Source: Eledone cirrhosa (taxonomy: Eukaryota). From it: 64,000 nucleotides of DNA. Under the pieces are notes generated by a model, which saw nothing but the letters and a program-made list of their open reading frames with translations, ran no database searches and was not told where the DNA came from. The stretch lies in contig OZ024745.1 in assembly GCA_964016885.1 (NCBI GenBank), positions 32,116,001 to 32,180,000 of the forward strand. The letters are read 5' to 3'. The position numbers were made by a program, and so were the translations under genes. Positions 30,320-43,699 of the stretch are shown piece by piece. Within the stretch, counting starts at the first letter, position 1. Every line of letters begins with the position of its first letter.

Positions 30320-31239
30320 TAAGATGTATGGTAGGTCGTATGTGAATCGCGATGATCACGTCTGACTTACCAAATATGTGACAGTAGCTAGTTAAGCTCT
30401 ATGCGTATACGCAGAGTAGAAATATTAGTTACCACTTTCTTTAATCTTGCCCAACTTGATAAACTCCTTGAATTGCTCCCTAATTAAATTACTTAAATTG
30501 CTTAGATTATTGTATCTATTATGCCTAAGTTGTATCTGTTGAAGCAGCCCTTGGAAAATTCCTCGGATATCCCAAATACCGTAATTTTTAATTTTTAACT
30601 TTTAATGTATAATTTTCCTCAATTCGTTTTTATATTTATCCTTAAAGGCTCTCTAAAATTTTAATTCTTCGAAGGGTCTCTCGGAAGAAGTTCCTATTGG
30701 AAATATTAAAGGGGCCTTTTCTGAGAGATTTATGGAAGGCTCTCTGAATTAACCTCTAATTGATTAGTTTCTTTCAACCTAGTTTTCAATTCAGTTTTCT
30801 GAATTTTGTAAACGTGATCTCGGGGGAAGAAGGTTTTTTTCTTTCGGGAAAAAATTTTTTTTCTCTAGAAGAAATTTCATAGGAACTTTATATATTTTTT
30901 AGGGAAACTTTATATTTTTATTTTCTTATTTTATTAGCCTCTTAATTTTCTTCTAGTCTAATAGGTTTATTGGAGCCTGTAAGCTTTATGCACTCATTGA
31001 GGGATTTTCTAAGGTGCTTCTACGGGACCCCAAGTCTTTTAGTTTAATATTGATGCGTAAATTATATATTTTTGTCTAATTTTTAAACTTCAATCCCTGA
31101 CCCCGACAACTAATATAAAAGAGCCCCCCTTAGAATATTGACCACAACTATACAAGCGGAGTTGCTGATGTATACAACAATTTCAAACTGCTAGCCTTGA
31201 GTGATACGTTGATGTAAACAATGATCTTGCAATCACATG

Positions 31240-31295
31240 TTATATGCCTTGATAAGTCCCACCATGGGGTCGGACGAAACGGCTGTCGGCAATAA
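31240..31295 (+). ncRNA. Minimal type I hammerhead ribozyme (U3-A8 core variant)
   Basis: TTATaTGCC-TTGATAA-GTCC(caccatggggtc)GGAC-GAAA-C(ggct)-GTC/GGCAATAA; stem I TGCC/GGCA extended by TTAT/ATAA, GUC triplet at 31285-31287, overlapping AATAAA. Confidence 0.8.
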
Positions 31296-31339
31296 ACTTG
31301 TTATAATGTCATAATAGTTCCTTTGTTCTTTTTCACTAA

Positions 31340-31347
31340 TATGTATT

Positions 31348-31378
<31 letters not shown>

Positions 31379-31379
31379 G

Positions 31380-31438
<59 letters not shown>

Positions 31439-31625
31439 GTATATATATGTATATGTTTATATATATATGTATATATATATGTATATATATATATGTATAT
31501 ATATATATGTATATATATATATGTATATATATATATGTATATATATATATGTATATATATATATGTATATATATATATATGTATATATATATATGTATAT
31601 ATATATATATGTATATATATATATG

Positions 31626-31675
<50 letters not shown>

Positions 31676-31717
31676 AATATATATATATATGTATATAAAT
31701 ATATATATATATATATA

Positions 31718-31772
<55 letters not shown>

Positions 31773-31854
31773 GTATATAAATATATATATATATATATAT
31801 ATGTATATAAATATATATATATATATATATATGTATATAAATAAATATATATAT

Positions 31855-31891
<37 letters not shown>

Positions 31892-31968
31892 AATATATAT
31901 CTATATATATATGTATATAAATATATATATATATTTATATACATATATGTATATATATATGTATATAT
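31340..31968. repeat. Interrupted (TA)n array
   Basis: TG interruptions, then TAAA interruptions. Confidence 0.95.
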
Positions 31969-32297
31969 GGAGGCACATGGCTTAGTGGTTAGAGCATTGG
32001 CTTTGCAATCGAAAGGTTGTGAGTTCAATTCTCAGACCGGGTGATGTGTTGTTTCCTTGAGCAAGACACTTTATTTCACGTTGCTCCAGTTTACTCAGCT
32101 GTAGAAATGAGATGATAGGGACTGGGATCCCTATCATTCGTGGAGGTGCCACGGCAAAAAAGCACCCAGCACTCACTGTAAATGAGGTTGGTGTTAGGAA
32201 GGGCATCCAGCTGTAGAAATCAAGCCAGAATCAGTTCCCGTCCCACCCTTGCAAGCAGGGAAAAGTGGACGTAAAATGAAATGATGATGATGATGAT
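31969..32297 (+). mobile_element. tRNA-derived SINE (family 1), full length
   Basis: Pol III A/B boxes (tggcttagtgg; gagttcaattc), RTE-derived 3' part, (GAT)n tail. Confidence 0.88.
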
Positions 32298-32325
32298 ATA
32301 TATATATATATATGTATATAAATAT

Positions 32326-32474
32326 ATCATCATCATCATCATCAACGTTTAACGTCCGTGTTCCACGCTTGCATGGGTTTGGACGGGGGTAGTCCCACTT
32401 GAGGCAAGAGTGATTGTCTTGCTCGCATAGGACTGTCTGGCAGGTTTTCTACAGTTGGATGCCCTTCCTAACAC
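32326..32474 (-). mobile_element. RTE family A 3'-terminal ~150 bp, inverted relative to the adjacent copy
   Basis: Identical by eye to the reverse complement of about 35332-35483. Confidence 0.92.
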
Positions 32475-32504
<30 letters not shown>

Positions 32505-32505
<1 letters not shown>

Positions 32506-35483
32506 AATGGTCACGTTGGGCAACATTGTGACGGCTACGACGAAATCCATGGAGGCTATGGGTTTGGTACTAGAAATGAGGAAGGCTCCAGAATCCTGGA
32601 ATTCTGTGATGCAAATAACCTAACTATCTGTAACACTAACTTCAAAAAACGTGACAATCACCTGATCACCTATAGATCCGGGGAACACACAAGCCAGGTA
32701 GATTATATCCTTACCAGAAGACGTGACAGAGTGTCTGTTGTAAACACTAAATCCCTCCCCCATGAAGAATGCACCTCCCAACATAGACTGATAATTAGCG
32801 ACCTCATAGTCAGGTCGAGACGTACTCGACAGCAGAAGAGGACTATCCTCAGGAGAAAAATATGGAAGCTAAAGGACCCCACAGCCAAAAATAAATTTCA
32901 AAACATATTACTTGATGCTTTCGACAGTAAGGAAGAACACTTAGAGTCGGACAATATAGAGGGACAGTGGGAATTTCTGAAAGCAAACCTGCTGTTGGCC
33001 ACAGACGAAGTCTGTGGCTGGAGCAGGCCTGTAGGCAGGAGGAGAGTAACATGGTGGTGGAACAGTAAGGTGGAGGAGTCAATTAAGGCCAAAAAGCAGG
33101 CTTGGAAAGTATGGCGGGATGGGGGAAGTAGAGTAGACTATCAAGTGGCCAGGAGGGAAGCTAGGAGAGAAGTGTACTTAGCAAGAAGGGAAGCTGAGGA
33201 AAGAAAGTTCAAGCATGTCCTACAACGCGATGACCAAAAACGTGAGGTGTTCAGGATTGCTAGGCAATGCGTCAAGGAAAACCGTGATATTGTCGGGGAG
33301 AAGTGTGTACTTAACGATGATGGCATACTTGCCATCACCGACACTGATAAGAAGGCAGCTTGGAAGTGTCACTATGAAAGGCTACTAAATGAGGAGAATA
33401 AATGGGAGAAAGACAGTCTCCCCCATGTCGACCCAATAGAGGGACCAGCAGTGTTAGTCGAGGGGAGTATAATAAGTAAGGCAATCAAGGATATGAAGAC
33501 AGGTAAGGCGGCTGGGCCTTCGGAAATAGTTGCTGAGATGCTGAAGGCATCTGGCACGGTGGGACACACCATGGTCACCCGCATAGTTAACCAAGTCGTA
33601 CAGAATGGGGTTGTTCCGAAGGACTGGCATAGCAGCATCATCGTTAACTGTTATAAGGGTAAAGGAGACGCCCTAGATAGGAGTAACTATAGAGGCATTA
33701 AATTAATCGACCAGGTCATGAAGGTCACAGAAAAAGTAATAGCGCAACTAATCAGAGAGAGAATTGACCTAGATGAAATGCAGTTCGGGTTTGTGTCAGG
33801 CAAAAGTACCACAGACGCTCTTTTCATAGTACGACAACTACAGGAGAAGTACCTAGCTAAAGGTAAACCCCTCTACTTAGCTTTTGTCGACTTGGAGAAA
33901 GCCTTCGACAGAGTCCCCCGCTCCATTATCTGGTGGGCTCTTAGAAAACTAGGCGTTGACGAATGGCTTGTGAGGGCTATACAAGCCATGTATAAAGAAA
34001 CAGTCAGCAAGGTTAGAATTAACAACGAATATAGTGAAGAGTTTAGCGTAAAAGTTGGCGTCCATCAGGGCTCTGTTCTCAGCCCCCTACTATTTATTAT
34101 TGCCCTTCAGGCTATAACAGAGGAGTTCAAGACAGGCTGCCCATGGGAACTCCTATACGCAGACGACCTGACACTCATAGCGGAATCAATGGCCGAGCTA
34201 GAGAAGAAATTCCAAACATGGAAGCACGGCCTAGAGTCAAAAGGACTTAAAATTAACCTGGCTAAGACCAAAGTTCTAGTTTGTAGGAAAGAAAACAAGG
34301 CGGCGGTCCCTTCTGGGAAATGGTCGTGCTCGGTGTGTAGGAAAGGCGTAGGTAGAAACTCCATTTTGTGTCCTAAATGCAAAGTATGGGTGCATAAAAG
34401 ATGTAGTGGGATCACAGGTAAGCTAACTAAGAACATAGATTTTACATGTGGCCGGTGTTCTGGTGCAATAAGTAGCAGCAAGTGCCCACACAATACTAGC
34501 TCTTTCAATTGCGCAGAGGGTTCTATAGAAATAGTGGACAGCTTCCGTTACCTGGGCGATAAAATCAGCAGTGGGGGAGGGTGCTCTGAAAGTACTGTAG
34601 CTAGAGTCAGAACTGGTTGGAAAAAGTTCAGAGAGCTTATACCACTATTAGCTGCTAAAGGGTTCTCCCTAAAAATGAAAGGCAGGTTGTACGATGCCTG
34701 CATACGAACAGCAATGTTGCATGGCAGTGAGACCTGGGCATTGTGTGCAGAGGATATACGCAGACTAGAGAGGAACGAAGCTTGCATGCTCCGCTGGATG
34801 TGTAACAGTAATATACGTGAACGGCAAAGCATAAACGAACTAAGGAAAAAATTAGAGATAAGAGGGATCAGATGTTGTTTACTCGAGAGAAGGCTACGTT
34901 GGTATGGACACGTGATGCGCATGAAAGTCGATAGCTGTATAACAAAGTGCAGGGCAATAAAGATAGACGGTAGCCACGGAATAGGCAGACCTAGAAAAAC
35001 CTGGGACGAGCTGATAAACTCCGACCTCACACACTTACACCTCTCCAAGACAATGTCACTGGACCGAGACCTTTGGCGGTACTCAGTAACAGAGAAGACC
35101 CGCCTTGCCAGTAGGCATCTCTAACAAAATACACCCCGTCCCACCACCACCACACCCACCCCATCCACACCACCCCGTCCTATGTAAAGTTATGTTGGTG
35201 CCGCGCCATCCGGGCCGAAACAAATGAGATCGTGTAGGTGTCACGACAAAAAAACACACAGTCCACGCTGTAATGTGGCCGTGTAGGCAACACGGTAAAA
35301 ACCTCCCAGACCCACACTGTAAATGTGGTTGGTGTTAGGAAGGGCATCCAACTGTAGAAAACCTGCCAGACAGTCCTATGCGAGCAAGACAATCACTCTT
35401 GCCTCAAGTGGGACTACCCCCGTCCAAACCCATGCAAGCGTGGAACACGGACGTTAAACGTTGATGATGATGATGATGATGAT
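32505..35483 (+). mobile_element. RTE LINE family A, 5'-truncated, uninterrupted ORF to 35124
   Basis: EN C-half (NGHVG..VDYIL..SQH), RT ([28 protein letters not shown]), PHD finger, 3' UTR, (GAT)n tail. Confidence 0.97.
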
Positions 35484-35485
35484 AT

Positions 35486-35563
35486 ATTTAAAATATATGA
35501 TAAACACGAAATGTGTTTATATTGCAATATAAACACATTTCGTGTTTATCATATATTTTAAAT
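35486..35563. repeat. Perfect 78-bp palindrome
   Basis: ATTTAAAATATATGATAAACACGAAATGTGTTTATATTG|CAATATAAACACATTTCGTGTTTATCATATATTTTAAAT. Confidence 0.95.
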
Positions 35564-35644
35564 GTATTTAACTGCTCGGAAGAGCCCCTTTTCCTGGAGC
35601 TTAATTATTGTAAACGACAGAGTTTATTCTCAAAATATAATATA

Positions 35645-35694
<50 letters not shown>

Positions 35695-35741
35695 GTATAT
35701 ATATATATACAGATATATGTATATGTATATATAGATATATG

Positions 35742-35834
<93 letters not shown>

Positions 35835-36019
35835 GTATATGCAAAGGTTTTATTTAAAATCGTTGGGTTACAACAAGTAAATATTTTATAACTGATATAA
35901 AGCACTCGACAAGTTTTGGGAGTAGATATACGATATTAAACTACCAAGCCAGCCTCCTACCTTAATGGTCGCTATATTTATGGTACGTCAAAATTATTTA
36001 TAAAACTGGTTATATATTG

Positions 36020-36085
36020 TATTTTATCTGACGAAGGCATGCCATATTTTTAATATGGTATCCCTGAAATATGTATAATGAAATA
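36020..36085 (+). ncRNA. Type I hammerhead ribozyme, copy 1
   Basis: TATTTTAT-CTGACGA-AGGcATGCCATATT(ttt)AATATGGTATcCCT-GAAA-TA(tg)T-ATA/ATGAAATA; 8-bp stem I, 13-bp stem II, canonical core, predicted cut after 36077. Confidence 0.8.
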
Positions 36086-36125
36086 AATATGGTTTTATAA
36101 ATATAGTTTCCATTTGTTTAATATC

Positions 36126-36189
<64 letters not shown>

Positions 36190-36250
36190 GTGTATATATA
36201 TATATGTATATATATATATGTATATATATATATGTGTATATATATATATG

Positions 36251-36315
<65 letters not shown>

Positions 36316-36342
36316 GTATATATATATATGTATATATATATG

Positions 36343-36391
<49 letters not shown>

Positions 36392-36392
36392 G

Positions 36393-36457
<65 letters not shown>

Positions 36458-36470
36458 GTATATATATATG

Positions 36471-36519
<49 letters not shown>

Positions 36520-36520
36520 G

Positions 36521-36643
<123 letters not shown>

Positions 36644-36644
36644 G

Positions 36645-36728
<84 letters not shown>

Positions 36729-36729
36729 A

Positions 36730-36825
<96 letters not shown>

Positions 36826-36836
36826 GTATATATATG

Positions 36837-36907
<71 letters not shown>

Positions 36908-36908
36908 G

Positions 36909-36941
<33 letters not shown>

Positions 36942-37100
36942 GTATATATGTATATGCAAAGGTTTTATTTAAAATTGTTGGGTTACAACAAGTAAATATT
37001 TTATAACTGATATAAAGCACTCGACAAGTTTTTGGAGTATATTTAATGGTCGCTTATAATATGGTACGTCAAAATTATTTATAAAACTGTTTATATATTG

Positions 37101-37166
37101 TATTTTATCTGACGAAGGCATGCCATATTTTTAATATGGTATCCCTGAAATATGTATAATGAAATA
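37101..37166 (+). ncRNA. Type I hammerhead ribozyme, copy 2
   Basis: Identical to 36020-36085; predicted cut after 37158. Confidence 0.8.
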
Positions 37167-37295
37167 AATATGGTTTCATAAATATAGTTTCCATTTGTTT
37201 AATATCGTATATATGTATATATATATATTTGTATTAGAAAGTGAGGTTTTTTTTACAAAATGAAAAATAACCGAGGTGTCCTACACGAGTGGAAG

Positions 37296-37396
37296 TATAA
37301 AGAAAAAGGGATGAAATCGAAAATGCAACTGAAGTCTTATTTTTTAAAAAAATAAGACTTCAGTTGCATTTTCGATTTCATCCCTTTTTCTTTATA
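37296..37396. repeat. Near-perfect 101-bp palindrome
   Basis: TATAAAGAAAAAGGGATGAAATCGAAAATGCAACTGAAGTCTTA-T6A7-TAAGACTTCAGTTGCATTTTCGATTTCATCCCTTTTTCTTTATA; a single arm also occurs at about 9000-9050. Confidence 0.95.
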
Positions 37397-37402
37397 TATA
37401 TG

Positions 37403-37474
<72 letters not shown>

Positions 37475-37672
37475 TATATGTGTATATATGTATATATGTA
37501 TATATATATATGTGTATATATGTATATATATATATGTGTATATATGTATATATATATATGTGTGTATATATGTATATATATATATATGTGTGTATATATG
37601 TATATATATATATGTGTGTATATATGTATATATATATATGTGTGTATATATGTATATATATATATGTGTGTA

Positions 37673-37710
<38 letters not shown>

Positions 37711-38882
37711 AACATTTATATAGATAGATAGAGAGAGAGTGTGTGTGTGTGTGTTGTTATAAGAACATTTAAAAAATTACTTTCTAAACAGTTTAGATGG
37801 GAAAAAGTGTTAATGATTAAAGGAGTGTCATTGTCCTTTTCTGAGCTAATGAACTACTGTAAATGTACAATATTTTAATGTGCTGTATAATGTCTGCATG
37901 TTTGTTATTACTAACATGTGTTACATAATTTTGAAGTAATATAACAATGGATGTTTCTAATTTGGATGTTCTTAACCCAGGGGCTGTCTGTATTACCTCC
38001 TAAACAAGCTGACTTGGAGAGAAAGTTTTACATCTTTCACAGTCTTAGACATCATGGAAGTTATTGTTCCAATAATGACTTATTTGTTTTGATATGATAT
38101 TCTGAAAAAGTAGGACAGGGCCTGCCTAGTGAATGGTGCTCAGGAAGTTGTGAAAATGTTACACGAGAGTTGTCCTAAAAAGACAGACTGATAATCATGA
38201 ATTTAATTCCTCTAATTTATCAAATGCAACCAGTTCAGCTTGATGAATGAGAGAATATAGTTACAACTGAAACAGAGTACCAGATGTTCTTGGTGGTATT
38301 TGTGTCAAAATTATGCTTGAAAATGAAACAAAATAAATAAAATATGAATAAATTTTTATTCATACTTCCTGCTTGTAGCTAAATGGAATATTAGCTTGAA
38401 AAAAAAGATTACTTATCCTACTTCTAAAGCGAACAATTTCAAAGAAAAAAGTTTCATTTTATCTCTATCACACTATATGCTTACCAACTAAAATATATAC
38501 AATAAAAATATAATATTGTAGAGAAAAAACTTTAAAAGAAAATAGAAAAAGTAAACCATTTTTTTTTAGTATCATTTTGTTTTTCGTCTTTACATTCAGA
38601 ACAGAATTTTCAAGAATAGAATTTTATAAACTCACATAAAATTTTGCAAGTATTTGCTGGACTTACATAACAGAATTTTCTTGAACATATTGAGAAAAAC
38701 TATTTAGATTATATAAAAGTTATATGTAAAAAAAAAATCTCTTGCACTACAATATTCGACATTAGGGTTGGCATAACTGTAATGAGTATAAATAAAGGTA
38801 GATATAAAGAGTTGATTTCATTTAAATGTCATCCAGTCCTCATGCATACATGGAAAACTATGCTGTGGTGTAGCTGTAGTAA

Positions 38883-39020
38883 TAATTATTTCTACTTTTG
38901 GCACAAGGCCAGCAATTATCCCAGTACATTACTGGTACTTTATTTTATCGACCCCGTAAGGATGAAAGGCAAAGTTAACTTCGGCGGGATTTGAACTCAG
39001 ACCATAAAGGGCCGTAACTA
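38883..39020 (-). mobile_element. SINE family 2, partial
   Basis: Reverse complement of gagttcaaatcccgccga..ctttgcctttcatccttacggggtcgataaaataaagtaccag; other partial copies at about 4722-4815, 5270-5450, 15540-15940, 41860-42000 and 42590-42750. Confidence 0.8.
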
Positions 39021-41051
39021 TTTGCTGAAAAGCATGGCGTCTGACCCTCTACCGAAATAATAAGCATCACTCGCATGTGTAGAAGTCTATTTTTCATATA
39101 TTTTCTAAGTATAAAAAGGTGACAATGAAAAGGCTCAGAAAACTGAACATTTACAGAGAATATGCCCCTTTGAGAGTGACTGCAAGTGGGATATGTAACC
39201 TGAAGCATTATTATTTGAATAGTATTGAGGTGGGATCTTGAGCAAGCCAAATCTGCAATCATATCTCAGTCTAATCAAATCTGCAATCTAGCTCAGCTAG
39301 AAGTCTTTCACTTAACTTATATCACTAAAGCCCATCAAAAAGGCATAAAATCTGCAAATTCTCTTTGCTATTCTTACCTATCTAAACATCAATGAATCTT
39401 TGAAAAAATATGAACCAGCGAGTGAGGCCTTTATGTAGGTGCTCAACTTGCTCGAAATAGCATTCAAATCTACCTCATATAACACTCTATAGAGTCATTG
39501 AAAAATATAACTGAACAAAAAAAAGACAAGATTGTCAAAGCTAGAATGCACTTGACCATAGGTCTGTTCAGTTAGGTTTGACCTGGAGCTAAACAACAAA
39601 AATAAACTCAACTTCATACACAAGGCACATCCTTCTACATCAGGGGTTCCCAACCATTTTTGTCTCATCACCCACTTTCACATGGAAAAATTTTCCACTG
39701 CCCACCTGTATAGTAAATATTCAAAAGCAGGCCAAAAATGTTTAGTAAAAGTTTATTACTTGTTTGTTATGCCTATTTAGCCTCTTGTTTTTTTATATAG
39801 GTTCTTTGCATATCTCCTTTGAATAACATATGTTGAAATACCTTCTTTATCATCCATCAATCACTCACCCTTTTCTGAACAGTTACTCATCACCCACCCA
39901 ACAGTTGAAATCACCCAAAGTAGTCTACAGTAGATAACAGGTAATGCTTGACCTTGTTCTATGCGTGATCACAAAGAGAACAGTGAGAGCCTCCTTGAAT
40001 GGAAGCTAGAACAGGGGAGGTGGGAAGCATATGAAGCAAGGCAGACCTGTTGAGATCCGGTTGAGGAAGACCTGGCAGACAGCCATTGACAGACTTGCAG
40101 CTTTGTGAGATGGAGATCTCCCATTGCTCAATCCTCTATTGAGAATGAAAGAAACTAAAGAAGAAGAGAGAGAGATTTCTTAGTACAAGTGTTAGTCCAG
40201 TTTTAAAATAGCACTCAATGCATATAAATAGGTATAATAGGTAGAGAATATATATAATATTATCATTGGAAGCCCGTACAAAGAATATCCCTTGTTTCTA
40301 TACTTATGCATATCAATTAATTTTGAAAATTTTAAGAAGTTAATAAGATAACTAACCTAATCTTTTCATTAGAAGCTGATGTCTGAAATATGTCGTAACA
40401 GACATTTTTGAAATAAAATTATGATGGAAGGATTTAATATAATTATGAACTCTTTAAATGGGCAGTTTAAGGCAGGTTTGTATCACAAGAGTCAAGTTCA
40501 ACTCTCATGTTGGTAGAAAGTTGACAATTTTTCCACCCATCTCAAAATATAAGATTCTTTGAAGCAGGGTCATAACTTAACACCCACAAGGCCAACCTGA
40601 AGGACAAAAGGCACGGGAGGAAAACCACAACACCAAGTTATCAAACCCTGACCAAACCTTCGACTGCAGCTGCTTTGGCTGTGCTTGCCTGTCCAGCATT
40701 GACCTGAACCATGATGATGATGATTGTGTGTGTATATATATATATATATATATTGGCATGACTTGAGTTCTCAGTTTTCTTTAAGTTGACTAATGAAAGA
40801 GGCGATCTTTAATGAATCTTTTATGCAATAAATTAGCCTAAAGGAATATGAAACAATGTGCATTTTTAGCCCGATTTTAAAATGTACATGAAAAAAAAAT
40901 GGAGTTTGAGTTAAAGTCTCCATTTTAATGGTATCCCAGAGTGGGAATCTATATGAATATGTGTGTGTGTGCACAGAAAAAGTGGGGGTAACAGACATAG
41001 CTGAAATGTTTTTCTAGGCAGGTCTTCACCAAGTCTGCATGTCTCCACTAA

Positions 41052-41394
41052 TTCTGAGTTCAAATCCCACCGAGGTTAACTTTGTCTTTCATCCTTACGG
41101 GGGTCGATAAAATAAAGTACCAGTAATACACTGGATAATTGCTGGCCTTGTGCCAAAAGCAGAAACAATTATCATTTCTATCTATTCAATCACGGCGGTG
41201 GATTGGCAGTATCGGTAGAGGGTCGGACGCCATGCTTTCCAGCATAGTTACGTCCCGTTACGATCTGAGTTCAAATCCCGCCGAGGTTGACTTTGCCTTT
41301 CATCCTTATGGGGTCGATAAAATAAAGTACCAGTAATGCACTGGGATAATTGCTGGCCTAGTGCCTAAAGTAGAAACAATTATCATTTCTATCT
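41052..41394 (+). mobile_element. Tandem SINE family 2 copies (partial plus full length from 41194)
   Basis: ggcggtggattggcag..ggtagag head, gagttcaaatc B box, conserved core; attatcatttctatct repeated after each copy. Confidence 0.85.
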
Positions 41395-42294
41395 TGAGAA
41401 AATTGTTTCAAGACAAACTTTCATATTCCTTATAAAGATACGTTCACACACTCACACACACAGACACACAGACAGACACACGTATAGTCCCACCCATGTC
41501 AACATCGGAAAACGGATGTTAAATAATTATGCTGATGGCGATATATATATATATATATCACCATCATCACCATTTAACATCCCTTTTCCCTGCTAGCAAG
41601 GGTATGTGTGTATAGATATATATACATATGTTGGACTTTCTTAGTTGAAAACCAAATATGACCAAGTGTAAATGAGTATTTGATACATATTAATTGTGGT
41701 TAATCTGTAGAGAGTATATATATTAATAGGACATATTTTTCATTTCACTCCTAATTAGAGCTGAACAGGAGCTGACATTTATCTGAACACCACATTGTCA
41801 TATTTGGCAAAAACCAGCAACCTCACCAGACGAGGCTAATTACAACACTTAGGTCATTAAAATAATTGTTTCTACTTTTGGCACAAGGCCAGCAATTACC
41901 CAGTACATTACTGGTACTTTATTTTATCAACCCCGTAAGGATGAAAGGCAAAGTTAACCTCGGCGGGATTTGAACTCAGATCATAAAGGGAGTAACTCTA
42001 TGCTAAAATAATTGTTAGTGGTTAGTTATGCTTTATGTCTAATTATATCACCCTAACATTACTGTTCTTGTTAAATTCAAAATATTTATCTTTTATTTAT
42101 TATTCATATTAAAATATATATGGTAACCCAACCTACTTTAACATGAATTATTTCACTTTAACTATCTCTTTTCATTTTATTTCATTTCTATCTTATTTCA
42201 TAACAATTCATTTTTTTTGTTTTTTTTTTGTCAAATGCCTACCAACTATGTATGTATGGACTCATAATTCCTGATGGAAGCACTATTATGACAA

Positions 42295-42479
42295 GGGCGG
42301 TGAATTGGCAGTATCGGTAGAGGGTCGGACGCCATGCTTTCCAGCATAGTTACGTCCCTTTACGGTCTGAGTTCAAATCCCATCGAGGTTAACTTTGCCT
42401 TTCATCCTTACGGGGTCGATAAAATAAAGTACCAGTAATGTACTGGGTAATTGCTGGCCTTGTGCCAAAAGTAGAAACA
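42295..42479 (+). mobile_element. SINE family 2, full length with 13-bp TSD
   Basis: actattatgacaa at 42282-42294 and 42480-42492. Confidence 0.9.
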
Positions 42480-43699
42480 ACTATTATGACAAATAGCATG
42501 TCATGAAGACATTAAACTTGGCAGAGTCCATCCCCTCTCCCAGTCTTATTATAGACTGTTTCTTCTAGGGAGAGAAAGAATCAATCGACTACGGTACTGA
42601 ACTAGTACTATTTTTAATGACCATAAAAGGATGAAAGACAAAGTTGACTTCACTGGGATTTGAAATCAGGCATCACAGAGAGTTTGTAGCAAATACTGCA
42701 AAGCATTCTCTCTGACATTCTAACAACTCTGCCAATTTGCTGTCACTCCCACCCCAGTACAACTAGCCATAAATTTATATTGTTTTATATCATTTTATTT
42801 AATTTTTCCTAATCTTTTTTATTTAAGCATTGTATCTAATATCATAAAACATTGTTATACGTGAGTTTAAGATGTATCATTCTGTCTTCACTTCATCTGT
42901 CTTCTTTATATTTCTGACCTTTCATCCACCTTCTTTATTAATTCTATCATTATTCTATTATGTATTTTCTATCCTTGGATTTGATTTATTCCCCTTTTAT
43001 ACATTTATTTTACTTTACATGGTCATAATTTAATTTATGACTTTCAATCTTTTTGCTTCCTTTTCCCTTTTCACTTGCAACCTTTATTAATTTCAAGTTT
43101 ATTAGTTTTATGTTTATTTCTTTATTGATTTATTCATTTAACTTCTGTTTTATATTTCCAATTTTTATCTTCATAATTTTTATATTTTTTAACTCTATTT
43201 CTACATAATAATTTTTACCACCTATTTATTTCATTTTCGATTCTATTTTTTATTTCATTTTCATTCTTCATTTTTCATCTCACATCTTTCATTTGTAATT
43301 TTCTATCTTTCGACATCCTATTACATTCAGTATACCTTCTATAAATATATATATCTTAATCATCATTATCATTGTTTAATATCCACTTTCCCTGCTAGAA
43401 AAGGTTTAATATACGACCATAATAATATAGATTTATGGCTAATTAGTATTTGACAAAAAGAAATAAATGAAACATTATGAAACAAGATAGAAATTAGATA
43501 AAATGAAAGGAGATAGATTAAAGTGAAATAAGTAAAATAATTTATGAACAAAGTCAGCTTACCATAACATATTTTGATATGAGTCAAAAATATGGGGCTA
43601 ATATAATTTATTAAGAACTGGGCATTATTTGTCTAATTTAATTAGACATAGGGTACAACTATCAACATTAAATAGGGAGAAGAAAGGAGTTCATTGTGA

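Noticed and set aside
30397-30430. Helitron-type terminal hairpin CTC(ta)TGCGTATACGCAGAG
   Set aside because: No canonical CTRR end or matching other terminus found
31969-32040. tRNA gene
   Set aside because: Pol III boxes are present but there is no complete cloverleaf; it is a SINE head
39641-39960. hAT-like TIR caggggttcccaac
   Set aside because: No matching second TIR or 8-bp TSD could be identified
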